IMG/VR virus record: IMGVR_UViG_3300020202_000007
Location: 1 to 55,797 of that record
Strand: one strand, 5' to 3'
Source: a virus
Lineage: Duplodnaviria > Caudoviricetes
DNA: 55,797 nt
The notes under the pieces were generated by a model. It was not told the origin of the DNA and ran no database searches. It saw only the letters and a list, made by a program, of their open reading frames with translations. A program made the translations under genes and the position numbers. The number at the start of each line of letters is the position of its first letter. The stretch's first letter is position 1. Below are positions 54,163 through 55,797 of the stretch, one piece after another.

Positions 54163-54456
54163 ATGGCGAGTTCTCTACGCGCCGTTGAAACGCTGATTCT
54201 GTGCGGCTGCTCGCGCTGCGGGCGAAGGCTGATCTACGAAGACCATCGCCTGCCTTGCGTCGTGGACGCTTTGGACGGCACTCCCACGGCGGTTCATTGC
54301 TCGACGTGCGCCGGCATCGTGGAGGCCGGTCGTCAGGGGCGGGAAGCGGCGATGGCCGGTTTGGCGATTGGCGACTTCCGCTTTGAGACCGAAGCCGAGC
54401 GGCAGGAATTCGAGGCGGAGTATCGGCGGACGATGGCGATTCTGGGGAGTGCCTAG
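54163..54456 (+). CDS. Zinc-finger-like early protein
   Basis: CSRC...CSTC; first ORF after the early promoter. Confidence 0.65.
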   Translation: MASSLRAVETLILCGCSRCGRRLIYEDHRLPCVVDALDGTPTAVHCSTCAGIVEAGRQGREAAMAGLAIGDFRFETEAERQEFEAEYRRTMAILGSA

Positions 54457-54458
54457 CG

Positions 54459-54737
54459 ATGGCGACTGAGATGTTCGTGATCTTTGACAAGTCACGCGAG
54501 ATGTGGTGGTGCGACAACGAGTGCGGGTACACGGCGGAGCTGCTGTGCGCCGGGCTCTACACGCAAGAGAAGATCGATCAGTTGAGTCGCGAGCGGCGAC
54601 TGGACCAGGACACGCCCTATCCGCTGCACGTGGCGCTGGAGGCGATGCGGCGGAGATCGCCGAACGGATTAGCGTCGATGGTCGTGGAGTCGCTTTTTGA
54701 CGTGGCACGAGGAAACAGCCCCACCGCCGCGCCATAA
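54459..54737 (+). CDS. Hypothetical protein
   Basis: WWCDNECGYT...AGLYTQE; GGGGAG RBS. Confidence 0.7.
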   Translation: MATEMFVIFDKSREMWWCDNECGYTAELLCAGLYTQEKIDQLSRERRLDQDTPYPLHVALEAMRRRSPNGLASMVVESLFDVARGNSPTAAP

Positions 54738-54826
54738 GGCCAATCGTGCTGGCTCCGTCAGATGGGCTCTGCCCGCTGCACTGAGACGGAGGCGGCGGTG
54801 GGTGTTTGAGATATGGAGATAACGCG

Positions 54827-55588
54827 GTGAACCTATCCAAGCTCAGCGAACCGTTCCCAGCCGAGGACATCGAATGGCGAGTGTCCCGCGCCGGCGTTGG
54901 TGGTCAGCGAGGTATCTGGTGCTCGGTGTTGGCCTACATCACGGCCCGCGCGATTCAGAAACGCTTGGACGACGTGTGCGGCCCCGAGAACTGGCAGATC
55001 GAAGAACCACGAATCATCGAGATCAACGGCAAGAGCGCCTTCGCGGCGGGAATCTCCATTCGGATCGACAACCAGTGGATCACGAAATGGGACGTGGCCG
55101 AGCCGACGAACATCGAACCGGCCAAGGGCGGATTCAGCGGGGCCATGAAGCGCGCTGGAGCGCAGTGGGGCATCGGCCGCTACCTGTACTACATGGACGA
55201 GGTTAAAGCCGACACCGAACAGACAAGGCAGGATGGCCGCCAGTGGAACTGGGCGAAACTTCCAAAAGACAAAGGCGGAGTCGAATACTGGTGGAAAACT
55301 CCCGCACTCCCCGCGTGGGCGCTGCCGAAGGACGCGGAGCACGAAGTCACCGACAAAGAGGTGGCAGCCCTCAAGCAATCATGGCGATTGAAGTTCGCGG
55401 CCACGACGAAGAACCCCAAGGATCTGCGGGAAGGCTTCACGCGATTCGTCACTGGCGTTGTCGGCGAATTCCCGAGCGCTGATTCGACCTGCTGGACGCG
55501 CGACGCACTGGAGGAGTGCCGCGAGCGAATTAACGCGACGACCGATCCGGCGGGCGTGAGTTCCGATGTTCCGTTTGATTCCAAATAG
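54827..55588 (+). CDS. Rad52/Rad22-family single-strand annealing protein (Sak-like)
   Basis: LSEPFPAEDIEWRV, AYITARAIQKRLDDVCGPENW, KGGFSGAMKRAGAQWGIGRYLY. Confidence 0.92.
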   Translation: MNLSKLSEPFPAEDIEWRVSRAGVGGQRGIWCSVLAYITARAIQKRLDDVCGPENWQIEEPRIIEINGKSAFAAGISIRIDNQWITKWDVAEPTNIEPAKGGFSGAMKRAGAQWGIGRYLYYMDEVKADTEQTRQDGRQWNWAKLPKDKGGVEYWWKTPALPAWALPKDAEHEVTDKEVAALKQSWRLKFAATTKNPKDLREGFTRFVTGVVGEFPSADSTCWTRDALEECRERINATTDPAGVSSDVPFDSK

Positions 55589-55670
55589 GAGTGCCTTAAC
55601 CGATGACCGCAGCAGCAGAAGCCGAAGCAACTATTCCCGATCAGTTGGCTGTGTTTCGCAAGCAGGACGC

Positions 55671-55797
55671 CATCGTGGCCGCGCTGAAGAAATACATGGA
55701 ACTGAAGATCGGCGGTGTGAATGACAAGAAAGGGCTGGCCGCCGTCCATGCCGCACGAATCGAGGCCCGCGACGCGCGTATCGCCGTCGAGAAAACG
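55671..55797. repeat. Terminal direct repeat, copy 2
   Basis: Identical to 1-127. Confidence 0.95.

Noticed and set aside
55671-55797. 127-bp terminal repeat as a biological DTR
   Set aside because: The length equals a standard assembler k-mer and the repeat falls mid-gene, so it is best explained as circular overlap.

Overview
This window appears to be a complete, circularly assembled temperate phage genome of about 55,670 bp. Bases 1-127 recur exactly at 55671-55797, and one ORF reads across the join. The + arm (53336 across the origin to 15961) carries the repressor, a Rad52/Sak-type annealase, a 5'-3' exonuclease, a NinG-like nuclease, a Dam-type methylase, CsrA, a ParB-like protein and an SF2 helicase. 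It also holds a cargo-carrying IS1595-family element and a cassette with two proteases (matrixin-like and papain-like). The - arm (51380 to 15976) is a podovirus-like morphogenesis operon: terminase, portal, scaffold, capsid, tail proteins and a 2,173-aa probable ejection protein. The standout feature lies inside the structural operon. Three glycosyltransferases and a SAM methyltransferase are flanked by three genes with mucin-like Ser/Pro/Thr/Ala tracts. One of the transferases has the DxH and Gal/GalNAc-T motifs of animal polypeptide GalNAc-transferases (GT27). I infer a phage-encoded mucin-type O-glycosylation system that decorates the virion. A second candidate system is a phage Csr circuit: csrA, an ANGGA-rich early leader and a GGA-hairpin structured RNA. 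A Planctomycetota host is my inference from gene style and is unverified. All family assignments come from motif recognition by eye; no searches were run.
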